From Saccostrea echinata (taxonomy: Eukaryota): DNA of 64,000 bases. The translations under genes were made by a program, and so were the position numbers. Positions 52,401-64,000 of the stretch are shown one piece after another. The stretch's first letter is position 1, and every line of letters starts with the position of its first letter. The notes beneath the pieces were generated by a model that worked only from the letters and a program-made list of their open reading frames with translations, searched no databases and was not told where the DNA came from. Location of the stretch: contig NW_026889779.1 of NCBI RefSeq assembly GCF_033153115.1, positions 18,228,001-18,292,000 on the forward strand. Reading direction: 5' to 3'.

Positions 52401-53247
52401 TAGTTATCAAAATGTCACAGGTTTTACAGTTTTTCGCAGAACATTTTGAAACAGAGAAGACATGGGATCGGAAAAGGAGTCTTCGAATATATCTCTAATA
52501 GAAACTTTACATTCTTTCAATTTTTTGTATGAACTATTGGTTTTATACCAAAACTGGGAATCTGAAGACTGTACATATGACATATGTTTAATATACCTGA
52601 GGATTATCCGAGGGGCACCGAATGAACTGCTTGAGTCTGTGTCCCTTATAGACTCAAAGGAGTGACGCCTTTTTATACTGGGCGACGCGTCTGCCAGTAT
52701 CATTTCGTTATTCTGTGTACTCATGAATGAATAGGTACCGAACGACAAGTATCCTCGGGGACAGACTGTCCACCAGCAGAGATACATGTTCGGTGGTTAA
52801 AATGAAATATATGGAGATAACGAACAGTATTCAATCTCAAAAGTCCATTAATCAATACAAAATAGGAGCAGAGCAAACACGTACCTCCAAACATAGGAGG
52901 TGGGATCAGGTGCCATGGAGGAGTGAGCATCCCCTGCCGACCGGTCACACCCGCCGTATGCTCCTTGTCATGATCGGGAAATAACGGAAAAATCCGTCGA
53001 CAATTCAGTGTGTAAATAATGGCCTAACAATTAGTATGAAAAACGTCAGTCAGCATTTGACTCAATGATAAATTGTATTTGCTAACAAGGTCATTGTATC
53101 GACCATAGAACTTACGAAATAATTAATGGACTTTAAACGAGACAGCTGATATTCTTGTTTCATCAACTTATTTGTCAATAATTTACCTCGTTTTAGAAAT
53201 TGTACATACGTAGAGCATGCTCTTGCGTATCGAATCAACTGAGAGAA
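49495..53247 (-). mobile_element. Near-full-length Naiad-clade Penelope-like element (N-terminal GIY-YIG, CxC linker, RT), frameshifted; pseudo-LTRs at 52802-53247 and 49495-49935
   Basis: KCSAKNCKTC knuckle, NVVYGIECNLCGLVYVGET..KR..GH (GIY-YIG), SCSC linker, VPADKAGNN, YWIPKLHK, YDFSTLYTTIPH, CAPLLADLFLY, frameshifted YIDD; ~445-bp direct repeats. Confidence 0.93.
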
Positions 53248-54020
53248 CAAAACAAACATGGAATATCAAGTTAGCATAAGATTTGTATTAAAACAAATAT
53301 CTACATGTATATGTAAAACACTTTATTTGAAATCACAACATGCATCCAAGAGAAATTTTCCGTTTATAAGTTGATGATGAATTAAATTCAGTAATGCTTC
53401 AGTTGTTTAAGGAACATTCCACATGTTCTATCTACAAATAGTGTAGACACACAAAATTTCACAATTGCAACAAAATGTCAAGTATTTTTTTCTGATACAT
53501 TTATACTTAAGAATAATACAGACATAGAAAAATCATTATATAGATATACTTCAATTATTTCACTTTCTGTAAACACTAGATATTATATAATTATTTCTTA
53601 GAATGTGAAAATCAACTTATTAATATAGTGTTAAGTGCTTTCTTACAGATTTAAACAACTTTATTAAATAATATGGATACCTTACCAATCCTAAGCTCTC
53701 AATGTGATAGCTCATCTTTGAATCAGACTTTTGCGACATAAACGTATTGTATTTAAAACGAAGTGTTCCGGTTTGAGACTTTTTAATTTAAGGACAATGT
53801 TAACTGAATGAGGATTTATTAAACTCATTGAAAATTTAATAAAATCTCTTCAAAGTAAACGTTTACTGATCATGTTTTATTGTAAATTTGGAAAATAAGC
53901 ATGTAGCACAATTCAACAAAATAAAATGATGATTAATGGTTTTGACTGCCAGTGTGATTGGTGTGAAGTAGGTGTCCAAGAAGATTATGGAGATAAAGTC
54001 TATGTCTCAAATTGGGATGT

Positions 54021-54320
54021 TTGTTTGTTTGTATGTTGTTTAACGTTCCTCTCGAGAATTTCTCACTCATAAGGAGACGCCACCACTTGCCGATGGAGAG
54101 CTGCAAATTTTGTCCTATGCTCGGCACTTACGGCCATTGAGCAGTGAGTGATCTTTATCGTTCCAGCACCTACTGCGACACGGGACCTCGGTTTATACGG
54201 TCTCATCCGAACGACCAGTCTCCACGTCCCACAGTGGGATTCGAACCCGCGACATAAGGATCAACTCCTTACTTCGCGACTCTAGAGCAGACGCTCTAAC
54301 CATTGCGCCACGCGGGCGAC
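54021..54320 (-). mobile_element. Full-length tRNA-derived SINE of a second family, 14-bp TSD
   Basis: tggcgcaatggttagagcg (A box), ggttcgaatccc (B box), (AAAC)n tail, TSD tcaaattgggatgt; empty site at ~24870. Confidence 0.92.
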
Positions 54321-55041
54321 TCAAATTGGGATGTAATTAAATCAGCATTGGTCCAGATTAGAATCGTAAGAGCTAAGCTTAAAAATGAAAAATCTTGAAT
54401 ATCTCTGATTAATAATGTATAAAAATAAACTTTTGATACACAAACTTCGATTGCACAGAGGAATCAATATGTTACATTCACCAAAATATATTTCGAATTA
54501 AAGAAACATTTAATGAAATTAATAATCATCACATTCGATTGGAGGAAATTTAAAAGTTATTTAATGCTTTCATACAGGGAAGGATCTGAAGGGGAATCTC
54601 GATGAGAGATTTTAACAATCCTCTTCAAACTTATATTCCACGGAAACAATCTAGATACATGTAAATATTCTAAGGGCTAAACAGATCACAAATTGAAGCT
54701 TTATCATGCTTAGAGAATTATTTTCCTTTATATCTAGCAGAAATAATGTTTGTATAATTATTTGAAGCAATGAGAAGCTTGTCTTCACATATTAAAAGTC
54801 CAGTTTAAAGTTGGGGTTAAGGTTGTTTGGTTGGGCTAAGTTGATCAAATACATGTATCAGAAAGGCATAACAATGCATGAAAATTCTTCTTTTCATCCA
54901 GTGGACACAATAAATATTGCCTTTACCAGTGTTGTAATGTTCGTGCCAGTGTGAAAGGAAAACAGTATCAGAGTGGGTCTTATTGATTGATCGACTGATA
55001 TTTTATTGTTGTTCTGCTCACATCGAGAATTTTTCACTCAT

Positions 55042-56243
55042 GTAATCTGCATTCTATAGCTCTATAAGTTACCTGTACGTGTCCATTCTCTTATGAAAAC
55101 TGTCCCTTCTTTTTAAAGAATGGGCTTTTTTTTTGAAAAGGAACGGACAGTTAAAACAAACAGAATAGAGAGTTCCAGGTAAAGATTGGAATGTACCCAT
55201 GAGGGAAAAAAAGCAAATACAACGAATACGAGTTAATTTACATTTAAATAACTAAGAGAAAATGGAGAATTTTGTTAATCCAGAACGCAATATCTGCATA
55301 GCATCTACTTGATTTTACACTTTAAATCCATGCGTGATACACGTTATTACATACTTTACGCATAATTTTCACTCTTAACGTCAAAGCGTGAATCTAAACA
55401 ACACATTTCCACATTTGATTTAAATTTCAGAAATATCAATTCTTCGGGGAAAAAATCAGTTTTTAGATCAAGGTACAGCTAATATCAAATCCAAAACTCA
55501 AGACACAGTTTGAACCGTAAACATCAAACTGATGCAGTTAATATTTCCTCAGAAAACAATTAATATTGAAACATATCCAGACTAAATTTGAATTTGTTTA
55601 CCAGTATTTCTTTGGAAGTTCAGCTTATGGATAATTCAATATCAGAACAAAATTTGCACAAACACCATTACACTACTGCAGTCAATATAACCTCAAAAAT
55701 TAAATTCAAATGAAATAATTCCATATTTGATTCGAATTTGATTATCTGCATTGGAAAAGAAATCCATTTTCGGGTCGGAGTTTGGCTAATATTGTCTTTT
55801 ACTGTTACTTTTCGTTGTTTTCAGGTCCAATATCTCTCATTTCGTGCATCTTTTGGTTCACTGGGTTTTCTTTTTGTCATACGCTCTCCGTAGGAAAAAA
55901 AACATGTCTGCCTTTACATAATACAAGGCAAACTATAAATTGATTTTGAAGCATCACAAACTTGTCTGTAACTGTCCATCCTTAAGACAAAGACCTTTTG
56001 TTATTTTGCATCTGGGAACACAATGGCTGTGCACCACTACCTTACCTATGTCGACGTCTGTCCATTTTGTAATCATTGGATTTGTCATTGTAGAAGTGCT
56101 ACACAACAAAATCAATTTTTAATACGATTTTGTACATTTTTATATAATTCTCAGAACAAAGAAAATCATGTTTAAAGTAGGAGAAAGGCCTCACACTGTC
56201 CATTCGTTCACAGAATGGACAGTTAGAGGCCTTTCTCCTTTAC
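55042..56243. mobile_element. ~1.2-kb insertion with a terminal hairpin, splitting a SINE (~54985-55041 and 56244-56432)
   Basis: SINE homology stops at ttcactcat and resumes at agacgtcac; hairpin at 56179-56239. Confidence 0.65.
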
Positions 56244-59200
56244 ACAGACGTCACTATATACAGTTGAAGAGCTTCAAATATAGGCCTTTACCCATCACTC
56301 ATGGCCATTAAGTATCTTTATCGTACCGACACCTACCGTGACGCGAGACCTCTGTTTTTAAAGTCTCATCCGAAAGATCGCAACTTTCACTTCACAGTGC
56401 CGAGCGCTTGGCCAAGGAGCAGTTGCTACCTACTAAATACTAAATAAAATAATCTGGGTCTGTCCATGAGATTTAAATACCTGCTAGAGTTATCTTAGAG
56501 AATTAATGTTCTTGACCTGAGACATTGACCAGCCCCTTTCCTATTCTTTTGGACTGAAACATCCCTTTTTCTATATATGAATATCAGCTTTTTAAGGATA
56601 AGAAGAACAAGCAGAATTTCGCACAACAGTAACACTTACACATATGTATTCATCGATAGCACAACGAAGGAATACAGAAGCAAATTCCTTATAAAATGGA
56701 GTAAGAAAACTTCAATTCTACTTTTAGTTAACGTGTTATGAAAATATAGTGACGTGATTAGTAACATCAATAACATTAGTAACATCAGTAAAATGATTGA
56801 AAATCTTAATATGAAAATATAGGTCCATGAAAAACTCAACACATCAAAAAAATTATATCAGATGAAGTTTTAATGCCCATGATAAGAAATCATGACGCCA
56901 ACAAAACTTATCTGTGTGCATAAAAATTTTAAATAGAAAAAGAAATTTCAATACCTTTCCACTTATAGGATATAATCATGAACATATTTTTTAAATCTGT
57001 GAAATGCATGAAAAAAAAATCATTGTTTTTTTACAGAGCAAGTGGAAAATTTCGAATTGCTGCTTTTCAAGCGTAAAATTCCTAGCATTTGTAGTAACCA
57101 TAATGCAATTTATTAAACTTAAAGCTGATTTTCGGTTTATGTCATGTTTGTACATGTACCTCATTTAACATGTAAATTTAGGATGACACCATTAAATATA
57201 ATTTCATATGCAAGCAAGTTTTTCGAAGAAGAAAGTTTATTACATAACTGGGAAACTGAATTACTGATTGAAAAAGTCTGAATGATTTCTAGAGATAAAC
57301 AAGACAAGGTTCATTTCCATTAATTTTGTACAGAAAACTGAAACGTAATATAACTTTTCTGTTTCCTATGCTTCCGTGAATGATTTATCTAATCCATTAA
57401 CAGTCTCACTGTAGCCTCACTAAATCTCGTCAGAGCTACTTTGAACTCTTCGGGTATAATCATTTGTTGAACACCTAAAAACAAATTGGTTCCGAATACA
57501 TTTGTAGGGTGAAACAAGTGAATCTGAGACTAGATTGAGCATACCAACGATAGTTTTCTTTTCTGACGTGCTAGAAAATGGCAAAATCCTACCAAATACT
57601 CAAGGCAAATATTTCGCATATCGGGCTGAATAAATTGGGCACGAAATCCCAAAGACATTTTTGAGAGAGCAGCATTTTTTGCCCTAAAAACTTACCCGAA
57701 ACATAAAAAAAACATAAGTGAGGAAACATCACACACGCTACATGAGATATTTATGTTCAGTTCTGGGGGAAAAAGTACTGAAGTATCTAATAAGAAAAAG
57801 GCAAATAATGGCTGTCTTACAGTTATTATGAATAAGCATTTACTGATTCAATTCAAACATATATTAATAAAGGGTTTAGTAAATGTTGGTAAAAAGAAAT
57901 CGGCTTTTAACAACATTGACATTATTTTGATTTTAACATTTTTTTTTTCAACAGAGCGACCAGAAAGATTTACATGCAAAAGTACAGCACGGAGACAAAC
58001 AGTGAACAATGCGAGGAGAGATGATTGTAAATTTATAAAGATTTCCTTTATTGTTTTCGGATATCAACAACAGAGATAGGTTGGAATTTATATTTCAAAT
58101 TATTATAACCCGGTTTTGCAAACTACAGATTTTGACATTTGGTTACTTCTTGTAAAATATAGACAAAATGACTGAAAAGTAACGAATTCTTATTTCTGCA
58201 GCTTTCCTCTCCGTAACAAAGATGAACAGTTTTCTGGGAACTGTATGAAATGTAAAAGTCAGGCAAAGTCGATCGCCAGCAGCATAATAGTTCGGTTGGG
58301 AGGACTCGTAGCTAAAGTTCAGGGGGCTCAGATTTTTATTCTGGTCTTCAATGTTACATATTCTCCCCCTGAGTTGCAAATAAAATTCCCCCAGGGCAAA
58401 AAATCTGGTGTTTTTGTCTTTGGGCTGAAGACATTACAGGTAATTTATTAAGGTAAGAAACTTTTCGCTTCGTATCTCATAGCATGCATTAAATTTGACA
58501 ACCTGTTAAATGTCCTTATCGACATCGTAATGGTGATCTCATCATTTTTAGAGTGTAATGTTTTCAAAATATTTTTGAAATAAATTTCATGACTGTTAAA
58601 GGTAAAAGTGGTGTATATAATATCAACTTTTTGTAGGAAACTGATTCCTTTAAACCATTTATTTCAACTGAAAATGTTTGAGAATTAAGTTTAAGGATAC
58701 TTTCAGTAGGACATCTACCCTACTCCAAGGGATACCAAACATAAGTTTTTTCCTCCTTGAAAAAGCAATTATACAGAGTTTATACAGGACCCGGGATAGA
58801 ACAATATATTTTTGATTTTTTCTCACTAATTTTATGATATATCTTTAGAAAATAAAATAATAAATTGTACTGAAAATTTTATATTGCAAATGAGATATCA
58901 AACATAAGAAGCATTAATGTAGCATCTGCAGTTGTTAAGTATTTGTCCCACCTTGTTACTCCAGTGACTAGGTCTTCACAATAATTTAATTTTTTTATTT
59001 TAATATTTATTCATTTTACAATGGGATAATGTAAATTGACCTTCATTTACATCAGAAAGACTTTCATGAAAAAAATGCATTTTTTAAAAAGTGCATATAT
59101 TATCCCCTCGCAACGCAGTTTGAGGGGATATAGAAAAGCGCTTACATGTTTGGGTGGGTAAGTTTGTCTTCGTGTGTGTAACGGAAAATTGTCCTTGTGT

Positions 59201-59972
59201 GCTTAACGAAAGTGACGTAATTTGCATCGAGACCGATGTCGAATGCTGCCTTGATTTATTGATATGCGAAGGGATATTGTCCACAAATTTATTGATGATA
59301 CTTGTAGATTTTAAATTGCTATAATATTGAACAGAATTTTCGTTATATCACTTGTAAAATTTATATTTTTATGTATCATTTTGCATGACATACTGTTATA
59401 TATAAGGAGAGAAACTAGTAAGTTGTAAAAGCTTTTTTCCAATCCTTTTGATTCATTCAATACAATATGTTCAAAACAAACAAGGGATGCTCGGTTTTGC
59501 GGTGCCCTTCTTTTGTCTACTATTTAATAAAAAACAAAAAAAATAATAGTGTTTTTTTTTTATTTCAAAGACAGGATAAAAATGAGTCGGACTCTCAACC
59601 CCCTGATCTTTTTATTACTGGTCCGATTTTCGATGAATTCGTGACTACTAACAATGTTTTGATGATACATGTTTATTTTAATAACAGAAAACTCACCGAT
59701 ATTTCAACTTAAAAGAGAGTTAGAAGATAATTCTTAGGTCGTTCTATGGATAAAGTAATTATCCACTGAGTCAATTCACCTTAGAATCGATTTATTCATA
59801 GGAACCGCCATGGATAGAAAGGAATTTTGCCATACGAGTTTCGGGTAGATTTTTTGCTGGAATAGTCCTAAAGTACAAAATATAAATCACCAGGTATATG
59901 ATAAATCTTGGCTGTTGTGTTTTATTTGTACAAACATAGTTACAGAAATTTACTACATGGTTAAAGGATCTC

Positions 59973-61643
59973 CTACATGTATTTGATTTTTTTCACTTCG
60001 GTAGTGCCTAATTCGACAACAAAGAGGTTGTCTCCAGCGTCTACAAATAAACCAAATGGAGAAGCTAAGGGAATGTTATCAATGTAACAGAGGAATTCTC
60101 CGTCCTGATCTAGGATGTGGATACATTTGTTGTTGCAGTCTGATATCAGGATCTGACTCTGGCTGTCTGTTGCAATGCCAACTAGATCAAATGGTCCCGT
60201 GAATAAAGAGGCATGACCAATGTATCTAAATCGGAGTTGTCCATCCAGATTAACTACCACTACAGTGCATAACCCATAGTCAGCCGTGCAGATATCTAGA
60301 TTCCTATTCTCACTGATGTATTTACATCCACTGAATGAATACAGAGGATGACCTTTATTATCAAACTGAATAGTTTGTTTCTCCGTGGAGCCAGAGTAAC
60401 GGACAATTTCTGATTGTATATAATCATCATTGTTCATGGAAACCAGGAGGTCACCAGATGAGGTAGAACAGAGATTGTAAGGTAGCCACTCCTGTAGTCT
60501 GATTACTTCTTGTACCTGTTCATTCTCCACTATATTTACAGTTCTTGTACCAGAATCAGTGTAAACAAGATGTCCACTTCTTGTCACTGCTATGTCATTT
60601 GGTTTTTTCCCTGATTTGGTTTGGATTGACTTCAATAGTTTACTCTGGAGGTTGTAGAGGCTAATGATATTTTCCTCTCCACATATCCAAATTTCTTCAT
60701 CATTGAGGCAGGTAACACTGTATAGCAAGTCTCTAAACCTCGTCTTTATGGTTGTGAGGAGTTCTGGTTTATCAAGAAGTGGTTTGCCTGAGGGAGGATA
60801 TGATAGAGCTTCTGATGTATCCAATGTGTAACCATCTTCATCTGATGTAGTGGATAATGCTGACAGAGAACCAAACATTTGATTCAGCCTTTCTATGTTT
60901 ATCGGACGAGATGAGAAAGTAAGTAACGAGACATTGACTTTAGGAGATATACTTCTGAACTCAGAAGTCCTAGATTTGTATGAAGAGGTTAAAGAGACAT
61001 CATTGGAGTCCAGTATTTTCTTCAGTTCAAGAATACTCTGTCTTAGTTCAGAAAGTTTCCGCTTGATTTCAGTTTCCTGTTTATTTATAGCAGCCAGATG
61101 TTTAGTTTTCATAGCATCAATTTCAGTTTTTTGTTTGTTGACAATGATGTTTATTTCTCCATGCCAGTCTTCTCTTTGTTTGGTGATAGCTGATGTCAGT
61201 TTCTCGTAGTGTTCTTCCAAGGTTTCTTTTTCAGACTTTATATCTGATACAATTTCTTCATACGCAGGATAAATTTCTTTCTCTAGTTCTCTGAGGTCTT
61301 TTTCTAAATCTTTTGTTTTCAACCTAAGCTTTTTCTGAGCGTCAGTTATATTATGTCCTTTGTGTACACTAGAGAAGATGCATGTTGAACAGACAGGAAT
61401 GTCACACTCCTCACGGTGAAGGTCACAATGTTTCTGTGTGTGGTTTAGACATTTTGGGTAGGGAGGATAAGAAGTTTGATGTTTATATGGTATAACCTTG
61501 TGTCTTTGGGATGAGTCTGAGAGATGACTTCCTACACAAGCCTTACACAGGCTAATCTGACAAAGTTCACAATGGCTCTGTAATGCAGCTGTTTGACACA
61601 GTTCACAGAGGAGAATGCCTTGGCCACTGTTCTGAGGGTCCAT
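59973..61643 (-). CDS. Type-A TRIM-like protein A3, 556 aa from the first ATG
   Basis: About 92% identical to A2 by manual count (~44 substitutions, no indels). Confidence 0.93.
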   Translation of the reverse strand: MDPQNSGQGILLCELCQTAALQSHCELCQISLCKACVGSHLSDSSQRHKVIPYKHQTSYPPYPKCLNHTQKHCDLHREECDIPVCSTCIFSSVHKGHNITDAQKKLRLKTKDLEKDLRELEKEIYPAYEEIVSDIKSEKETLEEHYEKLTSAITKQREDWHGEINIIVNKQKTEIDAMKTKHLAAINKQETEIKRKLSELRQSILELKKILDSNDVSLTSSYKSRTSEFRSISPKVNVSLLTFSSRPINIERLNQMFGSLSALSTTSDEDGYTLDTSEALSYPPSGKPLLDKPELLTTIKTRFRDLLYSVTCLNDEEIWICGEENIISLYNLQSKLLKSIQTKSGKKPNDIAVTRSGHLVYTDSGTRTVNIVENEQVQEVIRLQEWLPYNLCSTSSGDLLVSMNNDDYIQSEIVRYSGSTEKQTIQFDNKGHPLYSFSGCKYISENRNLDICTADYGLCTVVVVNLDGQLRFRYIGHASLFTGPFDLVGIATDSQSQILISDCNNKCIHILDQDGEFLCYIDNIPLASPFGLFVDAGDNLFVVELGTTEVKKIKYM

Positions 61644-61714
61644 TCTCGGTATATTTGTCACATCACGAAGGTGGTGCTGTAAAAGAAATTATGGAGTATT
61701 ATTTTTGCCATAGA

Positions 61715-62088
61715 TCGGAACTTATACATGCAATGTAGATAGATAACAGGAGGCCACCCACACTTTGTACAAATTTTACGGGTGCTATTGCCATCGAAGC
61801 CCTACTTCCTATTCCAATCTGAAGACAGAAACTCACTGTACTAACTTCACTTATAAGAAATTAAATGAGGAAACCTTAAGAAGGCGTTCGGTCTTAGAGG
61901 AAACTTGGTACTCCGTATTTAGTACCTTGGAGCACGAATTCGATCAACAAGTGCAAAGAAATGTCTCTCTACAGAATTTCGTTTGACACCTGAATCCCGT
62001 GATCCCCCGCGAGGCCTGTACTCATGCTGCACACTTGCACTGTGAGGAAGGAGACATGCAATACGTGAGCGTCTGTTCCTTATATCCT
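61715..62088 (+). pseudogene. Second copy of the Polinton-type PolB fossil
   Basis: Duplicate of 29545-29918. Confidence 0.8.
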
Positions 62089-64000
62089 AGTATATAGGCA
62101 CTGAACGCTCTACAAGAATTATTAAATTCAATACCCCATGATCAGGGATTAAGGCGGGGCTCTAATAATTACAAAATGAAATTACATCAGTTCTTCTCTT
62201 CCCTTTATATTTAGCCGATAAACTATAAAAAGTAAGCGCATTGATATGATCAGCAAGAGTGCTTCTATCAAAAAGTGTGAAATTCCTGGCCCTTGGGTTC
62301 GGAATTCTGGTGTTAAGGAGAGGATCTTTCGGTCATATATATTGAAAATGCAATAATGTTTTGAAAATCTTCTCCGCTCCTGCAATTTATGTCCCGATCA
62401 CACACGCTTTTTAATGACAGTAACTGTTGTAAATTTTACATGTATGTAAAGTTTACTCTTGGTTTGCAAAGGTAATATTTTAGATGCGTTCACATGCACT
62501 CTCAAAATGTATGCAAATCAGAATAAAGCTAGCAATTCCAAAGTTTTAGCAAATACTTGTATAGGCTTACTATATGCTCTTTAACTTTATGTTATTTTCA
62601 TGCACTAAGAACATTGTAGTTACGTGTTTTAATGCCATTGAACAATTGACTTAATTAACAACAGAAAATAAATATTCTTTTTAATATTAAAAAAAATTTC
62701 ACTTTTATTGAAATCGATAAAGCTATATTTATAGATAGACAATTTCATTATTTCTATACGTGTGTAAATTTTGCTACGTGTTCACTTGAATGAAAATACA
62801 TCAGGAGTTAAGGATGATATGCCACATTTGCGAAAAAATAAACTTTCAAAACGAGCATTTTTCTTTCAATTGAAGGAATGGTCAACATCCTATCTTCAAC
62901 TTTGTAGATCTGTAATTTACGAAAGAACATAAAATAAAAGTATGCATTGATGAAGTTCGAATGTGTTTTCATAGACGGGGTCATCACGATTTCCTGTATC
63001 TCTGTACAATAATGAAGACGCCCTCAAATTTTATGATAGTCAGCGCATGTTTGTCCATTGTTCTCCGTTGAACAATAGTTGTATATTTGCATTAATAAAG
63101 TTGAGTTAAAAGGAGATTAGTGAACAAACACGGGCTCACTGTTAAAAAAAAACGAAAACACTGCTTTTTCTTACATTTGAATATTATAATTTAGCACTTA
63201 ATTTCTTACCTCAGGTAACCTTCTGAATACTAAATTCTGTCACGTGGCTTGTAGTTGTTAGGGCCTTGTTTTAATACTAAACTGAGTCTGTCTACCTTAT
63301 CAATACAAAGGGCTCACAGGCGGTTGTGACCGATTGTCAGGGCAACCTTATCCCCCCCTCCCCCCGACACCTGATCCCATATCTAGAGATTTTCAGGTGT
63401 CCGTGCTCTATGACCTGTTTACAGATTTATATTGTTTGAAGTTTTTTTTAGATCGATCACCTATTTCATCAGTACTGGATTCCAAAAAATCTTACATTCA
63501 GAGATATGTTGCAGGGTCCAATAAATGTTCAACCAAGTCCATATCCTTAATCCTAACCAAACTGCTTTGAAGGAGAAACTTCAAAATTCTCAATTCTCTA
63601 AAATGTTCAAACATCAAAAGCATCAAAAACGCTTTATATAGCAATTCGTCATATTAGATTAAAGTGCAGGATTTTTAGCATCATAGACAACTACTTCCTC
63701 ACTAAAAATGTAAATTTTCCAATCGTGTATTTTTTTCCTCTACAAAATTACATACAAGTATATATAGTCGACATGTTTTAAAGGGCCGTCTAGGGAAGTT
63801 TAAAAGTGGTCCATTAAGTCAGATGACCTCTAACTTCCTTTTGTCCCTTGAAAAAGTCAATTAATTCTATCAATATACTAACCAAATATCATTGAAGTTA
63901 AATTTGACAAAAATCACAGAATAAAATAAGACAAGTTTCACTATCAGCTTATCATGTAAAAGCATATTAAATCATGTGCATTTATCATGTTTGTTACTAA

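Larger units (their letters stand above)
58198..63995 (+). repeat. Segmental duplication of ~25955-31782 (type-A gene unit)
   Basis: Collinear, high-identity sequence including the gene, PolB fossil and Naiad remnant; offset 32170 at the CDS. Confidence 0.95.

Noticed and set aside
49717-52787. Selenoprotein-type Naiad (in-frame TGA read-through)
   Set aside because: Consecutive ORF pieces are in different frames (frameshifts), not separated by in-frame TGA, and no SECIS was recognised

Overview
Eukaryotic, AT-rich genomic DNA with two N-gaps. The repeat content (Helentron-type elements with satellite arrays, tRNA-derived SINEs, Naiad Penelope-like elements) points to an oyster or another bivalve. 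The window holds one five-exon housekeeping gene (MPDU1, + strand, 694-7154). It is followed by a minus-strand array of five RING-less B-box/coiled-coil/NHL (TRIM-like) genes of two divergent types, strictly alternating A(pseudo)-B-A-B(frameshift)-A and built by segmental duplication. Mobile DNA includes a decayed RTE LINE, a near-full-length Naiad element (N-terminal GIY-YIG, RT, pseudo-LTRs) plus several fragments, an 8-kb non-autonomous CACTA-like element, many MITEs and SINEs, and a fossil Polinton-type DNA polymerase fragment. The best leads are the paired A/B TRIM-like module (type B has a myristoylation-type N-terminus, and both types carry conserved uORFs), a covarying RNA structure in the Naiad pseudo-LTRs, and apparent divergent non-coding transcription units inside the CACTA element. 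Everything was read by eye; no searches were run, and repeat boundaries without TSDs are approximate.
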